A stretch of DNA of 64,000 nucleotides, taken from NCBI GenBank assembly GCA_964603945.1, contig CAZRWP010000003.1, positions 6,830 to 70,829 of the forward strand, read 5' to 3'. Of the stretch, positions 19,340 to 30,125 are shown one piece after another. The position numbers and the translations under genes were made by a program. Source of the DNA: an uncultured Pseudomonadales bacterium. GTDB taxonomy: Bacteria; Patescibacteriota; Microgenomatia; UBA1400; UBA1396. The notes beneath the pieces were generated by a model that was given only the letters and a program-made list of their open reading frames with translations, ran no database searches and was not told where the DNA came from. Numbering within the stretch: position 1 is the first letter of the stretch; each line of letters starts with the position of its first letter.

Positions 19340-19430
19340 TTAGGTATTTGGTTAAACTCTCAATTAATCTCTAATTAATCTCTAAACCAGATATTAGAAC
19401 TTAAATTTCCCATGATATAATTCCACCTCT

Positions 19431-19568
19431 ATGTCAAAACGCACTTATCAACCAAAGAAAGCTCGCCGAGCCAGACGCCATGGCTTTTTTAGCCGGATGG
19501 CAACAAGAGCTGGTCGAGCTGTACTCAAGCGCCGCCGCCAAAAAGGCCGTCAGCGCTTGGCCGCTTAA
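19431..19568 (+). CDS. rpmH: 50S ribosomal protein L34
   Basis: [45 protein letters not shown]; 45 aa, below the ORF-track cutoff; lies before rnpA. Confidence 0.9.
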   Translation: MSKRTYQPKKARRARRHGFFSRMATRAGRAVLKRRRQKGRQRLAA

Positions 19569-19761
19569 TATCAATATTTTTAGTTCATTTGTTTAATTTG
19601 TGTCTGCTTAATTGTCTAGTGACCGGGAATTTTAATTGTGAATAATGTCTAGAAAATTAAGAAGTTAATAGCCGGACAACCCATTTTATTTACTAGACTT
19701 AATTTAGCCTGAGTCAGTCAAAAAAAAATAAATTAGAAGCGCTATACTCAATACTCAGATT

Positions 19762-20121
19762 ATGTTACCTAAAAACAGCCGCCCAAATTTGCGACAGAAT
19801 ACAGATTTTTTTAAAGAAGCTGAATCTTTGTCTAGCCGTCATTTGAGACTTTTGTTTAGACGGAATCCGGATGAGCAAAAACTTAAACTAGCCTTTATTG
19901 TTTCTAAACGTCACGGTGGAGCGGTTCAGCGCGTCAAAACAAAGCGTCAGCTGAGGCATGCGTCTATGGCTATCAAACAAGAACTTCCGGCACTTTTTGC
20001 CCTACCCTACTCTTCAGCCATATTAGTAAAAGGTCGTCCGCAAGATTATCAGCTATATAAACAGGAAATAGAACAGCTTTTAAGTAAACTGCAGAATTAT
20101 TACTTAAAAAACACTGTCTAA
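19762..20121 (+). CDS. rnpA: Ribonuclease P protein component
   Basis: 119 aa basic protein following rpmH; the RLRLLFRR motif region. Confidence 0.8.
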   Translation: MLPKNSRPNLRQNTDFFKEAESLSSRHLRLLFRRNPDEQKLKLAFIVSKRHGGAVQRVKTKRQLRHASMAIKQELPALFALPYSSAILVKGRPQDYQLYKQEIEQLLSKLQNYYLKNTV

Positions 20122-20160
20122 TTTTAAATTCCGAAAAAAAAAGACAACTAATCAAAAATT

Positions 20161-20418
20161 ATGACAAATAAAACTATCTCTGAGCAAACAACTAATAAAG
20201 CTAATAAAACTAACAATTTCTTAAAACTATTTATTCGTGGCTATCGCCGGATTCGTCAATTAATTTTAGATCCACTACTCCACTCGGCTTTTGGCGCGGT
20301 GAGTCAATGCAAATATGATGAGAGTTGTTCTCATTACGCTGAGCGAATGTTGGGTGAGCATGCTACAATTCCGGCACTAGGAAAAATTGTGCGGCGTATC
20401 TGGAGTTGCCACAGCTAA
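20161..20418 (+). CDS. yidD: Membrane protein insertion efficiency factor YidD
   Basis: CKYDESCSHYAERMLGEH matches the YidD Cx(4)CSxYxxE signature; lies between rnpA and yidC. Confidence 0.7.
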   Translation: MTNKTISEQTTNKANKTNNFLKLFIRGYRRIRQLILDPLLHSAFGAVSQCKYDESCSHYAERMLGEHATIPALGKIVRRIWSCHS

Positions 20419-20466
20419 TTCTTCTCTTCTCCAAGCGTCAAAAAGTCAGAAAGCGAGTTAACGCAT

Positions 20467-21570
20467 ATGAATATCATTACAGAACCTCTGGTATGGTTAT
20501 TATTTGAGCTGAATAACATTACGGGCAATATGGGATTAGCCATTATCGCCCTGACTTTAATGATTAGAGCCGCCCTACTCCCCCTGACTTTACCAGCAAT
20601 GAAGTCGCAAAATAAAATTCGCGAGCTTCAGCCTCAATTGAATGCTCTCAAGGGTAAATTTGGCGATGACAAAATAGCTTTAGCCCAAGCCCAGCAAGCG
20701 CTTTATAAGGAAAATAAGATTAATCCACTTAGTGGTTGTTTACCCTACTTACTGCAATTTGCGGTTTTAATTGCACTTTACCAGGTGTTAAGACAATTTT
20801 TGGGCGACGACGCCAATGGCTTAACTAACAACACTTACTTTTTGGGATTAGATCTAACTCAGCGCGACACAACTTATATTCTGCCTGTTTTAGCCGCTGG
20901 AACGCAGTTCTTACTCTCTATGATGATTATGCCTGGCGCCAATACCAGGAATATCATTCCTGATGAGAGTAAATCTAAAAAAGCCAGAAAAGCCAATGAA
21001 AAAGAAGAAAGCATGGCTGACATGGCTGGCATGATGCAAAAACAGATGATGTATGTAATGCCGGTTATGACCGGCGTATTTGCCGCCACCTTCCCAGCTG
21101 GATTAGCCGTTTACTGGGTGACAACTACTGTTTTTAGTGTTGTTCAGCAATACTTTATCAGTGGGCTAGGGGGTTTGGCCAAATATATTCCGGGTCATAA
21201 AGAAAAGGATTTCACCGTTGAAACATTGGAAGCTGTAGCTGAAGAAAACAAATTGGCTGATAAATCAAAGGATAAAGCTGAATCTAAAGTTAAATCTAAG
21301 TCAAAAACTAGTGGCAAAAGCAAATTATTTAAACTCCCTAAAAAGTCATCCGGCAAGAGTGAGGTTGAAGCAGATTTCGCCTCTGCCTTTATGAAGGTTG
21401 CTGATACTAGTTCAAAGGGCAGTGGTGTTAAAACTAAGACAGAATCAGCGGTTGAGGCTGAAATTGTTGAAAGAGCGCCAGTGAAAACAAAGCCAAAAAC
21501 CTCAACTAAATCAAAGAAAAAGACTGCTAGAAAAAGCAAGAAAAACAAGCGCAAGAACCGCAAGAAGTAA
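20467..21570 (+). CDS. yidC: YidC/Oxa1-family membrane protein insertase with a long Lys-rich C-terminal tail
   Basis: Short-form YidC core (ALTLMIRAALLPLTLPAMKSQ...) followed by a ~150-aa K/S-rich tail (KSKKKTARKSKKNKRKNRKK). Confidence 0.85.
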   Translation: MNIITEPLVWLLFELNNITGNMGLAIIALTLMIRAALLPLTLPAMKSQNKIRELQPQLNALKGKFGDDKIALAQAQQALYKENKINPLSGCLPYLLQFAVLIALYQVLRQFLGDDANGLTNNTYFLGLDLTQRDTTYILPVLAAGTQFLLSMMIMPGANTRNIIPDESKSKKARKANEKEESMADMAGMMQKQMMYVMPVMTGVFAATFPAGLAVYWVTTTVFSVVQQYFISGLGGLAKYIPGHKEKDFTVETLEAVAEENKLADKSKDKAESKVKSKSKTSGKSKLFKLPKKSSGKSEVEADFASAFMKVADTSSKGSGVKTKTESAVEAEIVERAPVKTKPKTSTKSKKKTARKSKKNKRKNRKK

Positions 21571-21583
21571 GCAAAAGGAGTTT

Positions 21584-22042
21584 ATGACAGTACAGGAATA
21601 TACCGATCAACTATTAGATCTATTACGAATCCAGCCTGAAAAAGTCGAGATCGTTGAAGAAGAGGGATATATTTTTGTGATGGTTGACGTCATTGAAGAT
21701 GACGCTGGCAAAATGATTGGTAATAAAGGCGAAACTCTGTATTCACTTGGCCAGATAATGTCACTGACTTTTCAGGATCAGCTGGATGATAAGCGTATTG
21801 TGGTTGACGTTAATGACTACAAGGGCAAGCGAGAAGAGCGGGCAACCGAGATTGGTTATGAGGCCGCCGAGCGCGCGCGCCAAGAGCAGAGACCAATAGA
21901 TTTGCCACCGCTGGCGGCCTATGAGCGCCGCGTAATTCATCAGGCTTTATCTGAAGAAGAAGGCATTTTTACCCGCAGTGAAGGCGAGGGTAGAGACCGA
22001 CGCTTGGTAGTTTATCCAGACAGCTATAAGATAGACGCATGA
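21584..22042 (+). CDS. Jag/KhpB-like R3H RNA-binding protein
   Basis: R3H motif ERRVIHQALSEEEGIFTRSEGEG; conserved position after yidC. Confidence 0.75.
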   Translation: MTVQEYTDQLLDLLRIQPEKVEIVEEEGYIFVMVDVIEDDAGKMIGNKGETLYSLGQIMSLTFQDQLDDKRIVVDVNDYKGKREERATEIGYEAAERARQEQRPIDLPPLAAYERRVIHQALSEEEGIFTRSEGEGRDRRLVVYPDSYKIDA

Positions 22043-22455
22043 AGCTAATTATTCACACCGACGGCGGAAGTCGCGGCAATCCCGGACCAGGCGCCAGCGG
22101 ATTTGTATTTCTTGATGACAATGGAGATATTGTCTTAGATGACGGTGAATTTCTTGGTTCAACTACCAACAACGAAGCCGAATACAAAGCCTTGATTATG
22201 GCCCTGGAAACTCTGCTTACCTTTAATAATTTATCCAAGGTAGAAAGTCTAATTGTTAAACTAGATTCTAAATTGGTGGTGGAGCAGGTGCTTGGCAACT
22301 GGAAGGTTAAAGAGGAGAGATTGAAACCATTAGTGGACAAGGTAAGGTTATTGTTAGTTAAATTGCCGTTTCCTTATCAGTTGAAACATGTGCCGCGCGC
22401 TGAAAACCACCTGGCTGACGCAAAAGTTAATGAAATTCTTGATTCCGTAGAATAA
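22039..22455 (+). CDS. rnhA: Ribonuclease HI
   Basis: MKLIIHTDGGSRGNPGPGASGFVF...NNEAEYKALI catalytic DEDD layout; ATGA overlap with the upstream gene. Confidence 0.85.
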   Translation: MKLIIHTDGGSRGNPGPGASGFVFLDDNGDIVLDDGEFLGSTTNNEAEYKALIMALETLLTFNNLSKVESLIVKLDSKLVVEQVLGNWKVKEERLKPLVDKVRLLLVKLPFPYQLKHVPRAENHLADAKVNEILDSVE

Positions 22456-22512
22456 ATGCTATTAAATTCTCGTTAAGCTAGAACAGCATATTGCATTTTA
22501 GGGCATAGAACG

Positions 22513-22541
22513 TGAAATAGTTATTGACAATTCGGATTTTA
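22513..22541 (+). promoter_or_regulatory. Candidate sigma70-type promoter (TTGACA-17-TAGTAT) upstream of the 888-aa gene
   Basis: Read directly from the sequence; no expression data. Confidence 0.3.
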
Positions 22542-22684
22542 TTTGGTAGTATTACAATTCGTTATTCAAAGACCCTTATCTGGACACATCGGGCAAAATT
22601 CTCCAAAAATTAACTAAAAAAAACTCAAAATGTTTTCACACAATGGTAATTGTTGTTTTTTAATGTTTTGAGGTTTTTAGGGCC

Positions 22685-25351
22685 TTGCTTAACAATTGTC
22701 CCCACAACCCCTACACTGTACCTATGCGCCGCTACTTAGTGCAGGTAGTGGATGAAGAAGATTCTGCCAACGAGTCTTCTAAGTCCGGTGAAACGAAGAT
22801 ATTCAGTCCACAGCCTGTTCAATCTGCCCAGCCGGTGTCATCTGACACATCTAGCTCGTCCGGAAACAAGACTTCCCCGAGGCGATTTGTGGTAGAAACT
22901 GTCCGAGATAAACCACCTGAGCCAGCGCGGCCTAAACCGCCTCAAGTTAAATATCGGGTGGAGACGGAACAGGCGCCGGCGATTACGCAAGAAATCAATT
23001 CCAGATCCAAATCTAAATCTAAATCATTGGAAAATAATCTGAGTGATGAAAGTCGAGTAGTAGCTGATAAGTCACCTCAAATAGGCCCGCCATTCCCAAG
23101 CACACATCCATCTGATTTACCACCTACTGACTCACCAAATGCTGATTCACCAAATACTGATTCGCCACCTAATGATTTACCGCCCACTGATTTACCACTT
23201 ACTAAAACGCCCGCCTCAGCTTCCAAACCCAAACAATCTCCATCCCCAGTCTCTGAGCCACCAGATTATTGGGAGTCGCGTCAGTCGGCGCTTAATAAAC
23301 TTTGGCGTCAAGACAGGATTCGGGGGCTACCCGAGTCGCCAGCGGTTAAGAGGCCACGGCATGAAAGAGAAAATGATGTTAAACAAAGTTTCAAAAAGAT
23401 CTCGCCGTCTAAGGCCATAAAATTGCAAAATGTTGAGCGTATTGAAAGGTTCTACCAAAATAGGGTAAAGCCAGCTGTTTTAAAGGCCTCAGCGCCTTCA
23501 AAGCCTGCTTTATGGCAAAGGCATCGTTGGTTGATTGGACTAAGTGCGGCGGTAATTTTTATTGGCGGTTCAATTTGGTTGTCAGTGATGGCTGTTAAAG
23601 CTGAAGTTTCCACGGTGACGGTTCAGGTTGAGTCATTGGCTGAGGATCTACGCCAGAATCGCCTTGTTTCAGCCAATGAGCGATATCAGATTCTTGATAA
23701 AAAGCTGGATCAGTATCAGCAAATTTACCGATTTATTAGACCGGCAGTAGCGGTGACTCAGGGATCAGAAAAAACGACTCACATTGATCGCCTACTCGAG
23801 GTTTCCGATCAGTCGCTGGAGATTGTTAACTCTGGCCTGGTTTTGTACGCCGATTTGGATCGCGGTTATCGTCAGTTTGTTGGCGAGGCCGAAGGCGAGA
23901 GTGTGGAAACCTTCACCCATTTGTCTGGTCAATTTGAGGGTTTGTTTACCCAGTTAGCCAAACTGCAGACCGAGCTATCTCAGCTAGGAAATCCGTATGA
24001 ATTGGAATTGTTATCTAAATTAGATCATCAGATAAAACAAGAGTTGCCAGATTTGCGTAAAAGCGTATTAACTGCTCAAAAAGTTAGTATGGTTTTACCG
24101 GAGTTATTGGGTGAGGACTCAACTAAAACCTATTTAGTTTTATTGCAAAACAACGCTGAGCTGAGACCGACCGGCGGCTTTATCGGCTCTTTTGCCTTGC
24201 TCACGATTAAGGATGGAAAACTACTTGATTTTAAGGTTGAGGATGTCTACGAAGCAGATGGTCAATTAAATGGATTTGTGACACCGCCAGAGGAAATTGT
24301 TCAATATTTGGGTGAAGAGCAGTGGTTTTTACGCGACGTCAACTGGAGTCCGGACTTTCCAACAGTGGCTCAGCGCGCCAGCTGGTTTTTGGACAAATCC
24401 ATAGGTGTTGAAGTTGATGGGGTAGTGGCAATTAATTTAAATGTGGCTCAAAGGTTGATGGAGGTGACGGGGCCGCTTCAGGTGGTAGATTACAACGAGG
24501 TCATCACGGCTGATAACTTGTATGAGCAGGCACAAAAACACTCCGAGATTAATTTTTTCCCAGGTTCCAATGGTAAAAAAGACTTTTTAAGTGCGGTTTC
24601 AACTCAGATTCTAAACCAGGTGTTTTATGGTGATACTAATAAAATTAAGCTGGTACAGGCGCTGGTTGATTCAGCAGAATCAGCCGAGTTATTTTTGAGT
24701 TTTTCCCAAGCTGATCTAGAAGAAACCTTTTCAACCCTGGGCTGGAACGGAGAATTGCGCACACCAGCCTGTCCGGCCGTCTTTAGTCCAGAAAATTGTT
24801 TTGTTGACACCGTTATGCAAGTTGAGGCGAATGTTGGCGTGAATAAAGCTAATCAGTTTGTTAGTCGGACGATAGATCATCAGGTTGAAATCTTGGGCGA
24901 CCGCGCCAGGCATACCCGCACCATTAGTCTGCAAAATTCTTCCCAGAGCGAAGCCTGGCCGGCGGGCAAGTACAAAACTTACTTGAGGCTTTATGTAAGT
25001 CGGGGGGGCGAATTGCGGTCATTATCAGTTGGTGGCCAGCCGGTGAACTTGCAGACGGTTAGATCCTTTGAGGAAGAGGGTAAACAGGTGTTTGGTCATT
25101 ACGTAGAAGTTCCAATTAAAGGTGAGGTAGTAGTTACCGCTTTTTATGAAGTGCCACTTTCACCTCAACTAAAAACCTATGCCTTATTTGAACAAAAGCA
25201 GTCCGGCACATCTGGCGATGAGGTGGTTCATGTGATTGATGTGGGTGAGCGATCGGTTAGCACGGTGGCGCCGGAACCACAAATTGATAACCGTCAGCTA
25301 AGGTTTAGCTCAGATCACTCAGCTCACCAGTTCATTGGGGTTGAGTTTTAA
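22685..25351 (+). CDS. Large membrane-anchored extracytoplasmic protein (Pro/Ser-rich N-terminal region, single TM, ~580-aa C-terminal domain); resembles DUF4012-type proteins of small-genome bacteria (unverified)
   Basis: TM helix WLIGLSAAVIFIGGSIWLSVMAV after a low-complexity PTDSPN repeat region; long uninterrupted ORF. Confidence 0.5.
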   Translation: MLNNCPHNPYTVPMRRYLVQVVDEEDSANESSKSGETKIFSPQPVQSAQPVSSDTSSSSGNKTSPRRFVVETVRDKPPEPARPKPPQVKYRVETEQAPAITQEINSRSKSKSKSLENNLSDESRVVADKSPQIGPPFPSTHPSDLPPTDSPNADSPNTDSPPNDLPPTDLPLTKTPASASKPKQSPSPVSEPPDYWESRQSALNKLWRQDRIRGLPESPAVKRPRHERENDVKQSFKKISPSKAIKLQNVERIERFYQNRVKPAVLKASAPSKPALWQRHRWLIGLSAAVIFIGGSIWLSVMAVKAEVSTVTVQVESLAEDLRQNRLVSANERYQILDKKLDQYQQIYRFIRPAVAVTQGSEKTTHIDRLLEVSDQSLEIVNSGLVLYADLDRGYRQFVGEAEGESVETFTHLSGQFEGLFTQLAKLQTELSQLGNPYELELLSKLDHQIKQELPDLRKSVLTAQKVSMVLPELLGEDSTKTYLVLLQNNAELRPTGGFIGSFALLTIKDGKLLDFKVEDVYEADGQLNGFVTPPEEIVQYLGEEQWFLRDVNWSPDFPTVAQRASWFLDKSIGVEVDGVVAINLNVAQRLMEVTGPLQVVDYNEVITADNLYEQAQKHSEINFFPGSNGKKDFLSAVSTQILNQVFYGDTNKIKLVQALVDSAESAELFLSFSQADLEETFSTLGWNGELRTPACPAVFSPENCFVDTVMQVEANVGVNKANQFVSRTIDHQVEILGDRARHTRTISLQNSSQSEAWPAGKYKTYLRLYVSRGGELRSLSVGGQPVNLQTVRSFEEEGKQVFGHYVEVPIKGEVVVTAFYEVPLSPQLKTYALFEQKQSGTSGDEVVHVIDVGERSVSTVAPEPQIDNRQLRFSSDHSAHQFIGVEF

Positions 25352-25532
25352 TTTCTCTGTTTGAAGTTAGAGATCGTTTTTTATTTAGAGTTTTTTTGTC
25401 ATTGATTTTAGTGGCGACTTGGTCAACTTGCTTATAGGTTTAAATAATCAAAGTTTTCAGTCTCAATTTTTAAAAATTAATAACAACTCGAAATTCAAAA
25501 TTTAAAGTCGCGCTGGCGTTTATCTTGAAAAA

Positions 25533-27899
25533 CTATGAATTTTTAGGCCACGCCGATAAAGCTAATGACTCATCACCTGGCCGTAAATATTGCCAAACTG
25601 CTTCGGTTACAAACGGCATAAAAGGGTGGAGAAGTTGTAAGCAGGTCAGATAAATTTTGGTTATGACAGCTAAATAAACATGTTTGTCGGTGCGGTTTTT
25701 GTTTTCTTCTAGATAGGTGTTGGCTAATTCATTCCAGATGAAATCATACAAACCAAGGGCGGCGTCGCTAAAGCGGAAAGCTTCAAGGAATTCGGTGGTT
25801 TGGGCAATAATCTCATTGAGTCTGCTTAAAATTTGCTGATCTGATTCCGGTAGTTCAACCGCTGATTGTTCATTAATTTCAAATAGCGACTCGTTGAGTT
25901 CAGCTGTCTGAAGGTCAATAAATCGACCGATATTCCAGATCTTATTAGCAAAGTTGCGATAGCCTTTTACCTTAGGTTCACTCAAAGCAATGGGGTTTCC
26001 TGGTGCCGAGCTAGCCACCATCGAAATACGTAGGGCATCGGCTCCATATTTGTCGACCAATTCCAAAGGATTAATAACATTACCCTTGGATTTGCTCATT
26101 TTGGCGCCTTTAGCGTCGGTCACCATGGAGTGCAGATAAACCGTTTTAAATGGAGCTATGCCATTAGGATTGGTGGTGGAGCGGGTGAGGTATTTGCTCA
26201 GCATAATCATGCGGGCAATCCAGAAAAACAGAATATCCCACATGCTGTCGAGTACTGAGGTAGGGTAGAAAGTTTTGAAGTCGTCGCCATCTGGAAAGTT
26301 GGTTGTAAGTAGCGGCCACTGGCCACTGCTAAACCAGGTATCAAAGGTATCGGTTTCTTGTAGATAATTATCACCCGGCTGAGTTTTACTGACTGTGTAA
26401 TCGGCTGTCATGGGCGCGGTTAGTGACTGTAATCCTTGGGAAATTTCCTCGATGGTAAAACCTTGTTCCAAGGCTTGACCGGTCAGTAAGTTTTGCCGCT
26501 CACCGTTTTTGTCTAAAAAGGAAACAAAGATATCTGAGTGTTTAGTAATGTCATACCAAACTGGCAAGCGAATTCCCCAAACAATCTGGCGGGAAATTGG
26601 CCAGTCGCGGATATTGTTGAGCCAATCAAAATACTGTTTATTAAAGCGTTTAGGAATAAGGTTGACTTCGCCGTCATTGACGGCTTGTTTGCCCAATTCG
26701 GCTAGCTCGTCCATGTGCAGGAACCAGTTGGGATAGGGTAATGGCTCAATTGGGTGGTCGCCTTTATAACTGACCGCAACGCGATTTTGATAGTTTTCAT
26801 CAATTTTAGTAATGGCATTTTCTGCCTGCAGTAATTGAACCACGGCTGGACGGCCATGAAAAACGCTCAGGCCGTGGAATTGCTCGCGGAGCTCGTTGGC
26901 GCGGCTTTTTAACGGTTCAGTTTCTGGCCGCCACCAATCCAGCGTAATTTTGCCAAAAGTATCGATAGTAGAGTGGATGGGTAGGTCGTGGCGTCGGCCA
27001 ATTGCGAAATCCGCGTGGTCATGAGCGGGTGTAATTTTTAGCAGACCGGTGCCAAATTCGGGATCAACATCAGGGTCTGTGATAACTGGAATCGGAGCGC
27101 GAGTTAGGGGATTGAGAACGTATTCGCCAGCTAGTGATTGCGCACGTGGGTCGTCAGGATGAATAGCCAAAGCCACGTCAGCAAAAATAGTTTCCGGGCG
27201 GACGGTAGCGATCTCCAAATAGGGAATTTCTTGGCCATTAATGACGCGCGGCTCACCATCGCTAAATAAATAGCGGACATAGTAGAGCGGAGTAGTTTGT
27301 TCTTTATAAACTACTTCTAAATCGGCAAAAGTTGTACCAAGCTTAGGGCAATAATTGACGATGTAATTGTCGCGGTAAACTTTACCCTCATTTTCCAGTT
27401 TGATAAATGTGTCAAGGACGGTATCAACTACTTTTGGATCCAATGAGTAAGTTGTGCGGCTCCAGTCAGCGGAAAAACCCAGGCGTTTCATCTGTTCAAG
27501 CATTTGACCGGAGTTGTCTTTAACAAATTCAGCAATATCTTGATACAGCGTCTCGCGATCAAACTGAAAACGCGACTTTCCCTGCTTTTTTAAATGATTT
27601 TCATAAACGTACTGCGATTCAAAACCGGCGTGATCCAGACCTGGAAACCAAACGGTGGGGTGACCCTGCATGCGTTTAAAACGGATAAGGATGTCCTCAA
27701 CCACGTACATGGCATGACCGACGTGTAATGAAGCATTGGCGTTGGGGGGTGGCATCAAAATAGAGAAGGGTTCTTTGTCTTGATTAGTATTAGCTGGATG
27801 ATTAAAACGAGGTTTACCCAGTTCTAATTCATCCCATTTTTGCCGGATATCGGCTTCGGCTGATTGGTGTTGAAAGGCTTTGGGAAGGGCGGAGGACAT
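25533..27899 (-). CDS. valS: Valyl-tRNA synthetase (compact form)
   Basis: HIGH-region PPPNANASLHVGHA and KMSKSKGN; the region after HIGH matches the ValRS pattern (QGxxxxWxPGxDHAG). Confidence 0.8.
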   Translation of the reverse strand: MSSALPKAFQHQSAEADIRQKWDELELGKPRFNHPANTNQDKEPFSILMPPPNANASLHVGHAMYVVEDILIRFKRMQGHPTVWFPGLDHAGFESQYVYENHLKKQGKSRFQFDRETLYQDIAEFVKDNSGQMLEQMKRLGFSADWSRTTYSLDPKVVDTVLDTFIKLENEGKVYRDNYIVNYCPKLGTTFADLEVVYKEQTTPLYYVRYLFSDGEPRVINGQEIPYLEIATVRPETIFADVALAIHPDDPRAQSLAGEYVLNPLTRAPIPVITDPDVDPEFGTGLLKITPAHDHADFAIGRRHDLPIHSTIDTFGKITLDWWRPETEPLKSRANELREQFHGLSVFHGRPAVVQLLQAENAITKIDENYQNRVAVSYKGDHPIEPLPYPNWFLHMDELAELGKQAVNDGEVNLIPKRFNKQYFDWLNNIRDWPISRQIVWGIRLPVWYDITKHSDIFVSFLDKNGERQNLLTGQALEQGFTIEEISQGLQSLTAPMTADYTVSKTQPGDNYLQETDTFDTWFSSGQWPLLTTNFPDGDDFKTFYPTSVLDSMWDILFFWIARMIMLSKYLTRSTTNPNGIAPFKTVYLHSMVTDAKGAKMSKSKGNVINPLELVDKYGADALRISMVASSAPGNPIALSEPKVKGYRNFANKIWNIGRFIDLQTAELNESLFEINEQSAVELPESDQQILSRLNEIIAQTTEFLEAFRFSDAALGLYDFIWNELANTYLEENKNRTDKHVYLAVITKIYLTCLQLLHPFMPFVTEAVWQYLRPGDESLALSAWPKNS

Positions 27900-27916
27900 G
27901 ATGGGTGGAATCTAAG

Positions 27917-28291
27917 TTATTGTTGTTTGGCGGACTTCACTTGACTATTAATGCTATTTTGTGGGTATAAGTGGGCTTCTCGCTGTAGAGCTAGGACAGC
28001 TTCTTGAATTTTTTTAATAGTATCCTTGTCAATTTTTTCTGCTACAACCGGACTGCCCAAATAGTCATTTAGCTGTCTAGCGAAGTGTGCAGGGGAGGTG
28101 GTGAGTTTTCCATCGGATGCCAGGAGTAAGTCCTGGACGTAGCCTTTTATTTGCAGAGATATGTTTTTAGGAAGGCTGTCTAGTTGTTTAAATAAACCAC
28201 CCAATCGCGTGTCTTCTTGTTTAGTTTCAAGGCTTCCATAGATAATTTTATCTAATTGATGCCTAGTATCCTCTGTTATTGGCTTTGCCAT
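27917..28291 (-). CDS. hypothetical protein
   Basis: 124-aa ORF with tight spacing to valS; no motif recognised. Confidence 0.35.
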   Translation of the reverse strand: MAKPITEDTRHQLDKIIYGSLETKQEDTRLGGLFKQLDSLPKNISLQIKGYVQDLLLASDGKLTTSPAHFARQLNDYLGSPVVAEKIDKDTIKKIQEAVLALQREAHLYPQNSINSQVKSAKQQ

Positions 28292-28453
28292 ATCTATTCC
28301 CGCACTTTCCTGGCGCTATTTCGGAAGAGTATATAAAACTGCATCAAATTGTCTCAAGTTCAGCGGAGAAATTAACCGCCAGTTACAGCTTTTTGTCTCT
28401 TTCGGCTTTTCTGAGCCTTGTCGCCATAGCCTATTATACGGTAGTTTGAACCT

Positions 28454-29044
28454 GTGCGTCATGTCTTTCTCGATGTCGAGACTCAGAAATCATTTGAAGA
28501 AGTAGGAGGCTTTCTACCTCAGGAGCTGAAGGTGAGTTTTGTTGGCATTTGCGTGCGTGATGGTTTTACTGGACCCGGAGAATTTCAAGGATATTTTGAA
28601 AAAGATCTGCCAAAACTATGGCCAATCTTGGAAACCGCCGATGTAATTGTGGGTTACAACATTCTGGGCTTTGATAACGAGGCTTTGCGTCCATATTACT
28701 CAGGTAATCCGGACAACTGGAACGTTTTGGATTTAATGCTTAGGTTCAAGGAATCTACAGGGCACCGCATTAAGCTCGACGCGATTGCTCAAGAAACACT
28801 TGGTTTGGGGAAGATTGGCAACGGTTTACAAGCGATTGAGTATTATCGCCGCGGCCAATTTAGAGAGTTGGCCCGCTATTGTCTGCATGACGTGGCAATT
28901 ACCAGAGATATTTATGATTATGGACGTCAGCATAGACAGGTGAAGTATGTCAATAAATGGAACCGGAAAATTGAAGCTGAGGTAGATTTTTCTTATACGC
29001 CAGAGAATGCAGGTGGTGTTCAAATGACCTTAATGGGAGCTTAA
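28454..29044 (+). CDS. DEDDh-family 3'-5' exonuclease (DnaQ/RNase T-like fold)
   Basis: Exo I FLDVETQ, Exo II GYNILGFDNEAL and Exo III YCLHDVAITRDIY (H-x4-D). Confidence 0.6.
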   Translation: MRHVFLDVETQKSFEEVGGFLPQELKVSFVGICVRDGFTGPGEFQGYFEKDLPKLWPILETADVIVGYNILGFDNEALRPYYSGNPDNWNVLDLMLRFKESTGHRIKLDAIAQETLGLGKIGNGLQAIEYYRRGQFRELARYCLHDVAITRDIYDYGRQHRQVKYVNKWNRKIEAEVDFSYTPENAGGVQMTLMGA

Positions 29045-29072
29045 GATTACGCGGCGGGGACCAAATTTTATT

Positions 29073-30125
29073 GTGTGGAGACCTGATTTCACTCTGGCGT
29101 GCTACAATTTCTTTATGTCACCTACGATTTTTAGCGCCTCTGATGTTCAGCAAAAATCCAGACGGCGCGAACTAGAAGAAGAACTTAAAAAAATTACCCA
29201 AGCAAACAAAAATAATGGCGAAGATTTAAGTCAGTCAGCGGAGCGAACCGCAGAGCATCCAACAGGCGAATCCACAAATGTTTCGGCGAAACAGTCAACT
29301 TTAGATTCAGAAGAAAAACCAATCAGAAATCCATATCTTGAAGAAAGTAGACAAGAAGAACCAACGCTCGACGACAATCCCTTTACCGATACAACAGAAG
29401 TTTCAGCTGAGGTGACACCAAATAAGTTGGGCTCATCCGTGGCGTCTGCCTCAAAAACTGAAGATTCTCAATCCGCCCCCAGCCCAGAGGAACCATCGGT
29501 AGAGCCCATAAAATCAAATGAGCCCGAAGACTATAGCGACGTAATGCGTAATGAAAAACCTACCACCAACCCGCTGGCGTCGTTTGTGGTCCGGCCCCCA
29601 GGTGTTAGTTTTGTAAATCAGCATTCAAAAGAAAAGATTTTACTGGTTTTGCGTCAGCATCCGATTGTAAATTTCAAGTGGGTTGTTATCTCAGTATTCC
29701 TGATTTTAGCGCCATTTTTAGTTTTTCCTTTACTGCCCCTATTTGACTTTTTGGCCAGCGAATTTAAGTTTTTTACTATGGTTGGCTGGTACCTTTTGGT
29801 CTCGGCTTATGTGATTGAACATCTTTTATATTGGTATTACAACATTTATTTGATAACCGATGAACGGATAATCGATATTGATTTTATTTCATTAATTTAT
29901 CGCCGAGTTTCTGAGGCTAAAATCGACAAAATTGAGGATGTAACATCCGCAACCACAGGCTTGTTTGCTGGCATTTTTAATTATGGAAACGTGACAATTC
30001 AGACCGCAGCCGAAAAGCGCGAGTTCGAATTTTTAGCCGTGCCTCAGCCAGAAAAAGTTACAAGACTCCTTAATGAACTTGTTTTAGAAGAAGAGCGCGA
30101 GAAAAATGAAGGGAGGGTAATGTGA
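29073..30125 (+). CDS. Membrane protein with acidic N-terminal region and bacterial PH-like (YdbT-type) C-terminal domain (tentative)
   Basis: Two TM helices (FKWVVISVFLILAPFLVF / FTMVGWYLLVSAYVIEH) followed by a ~90-aa domain; the layout resembles bPH_2 proteins. Confidence 0.4.
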   Translation: MWRPDFTLACYNFFMSPTIFSASDVQQKSRRRELEEELKKITQANKNNGEDLSQSAERTAEHPTGESTNVSAKQSTLDSEEKPIRNPYLEESRQEEPTLDDNPFTDTTEVSAEVTPNKLGSSVASASKTEDSQSAPSPEEPSVEPIKSNEPEDYSDVMRNEKPTTNPLASFVVRPPGVSFVNQHSKEKILLVLRQHPIVNFKWVVISVFLILAPFLVFPLLPLFDFLASEFKFFTMVGWYLLVSAYVIEHLLYWYYNIYLITDERIIDIDFISLIYRRVSEAKIDKIEDVTSATTGLFAGIFNYGNVTIQTAAEKREFEFLAVPQPEKVTRLLNELVLEEEREKNEGRVM

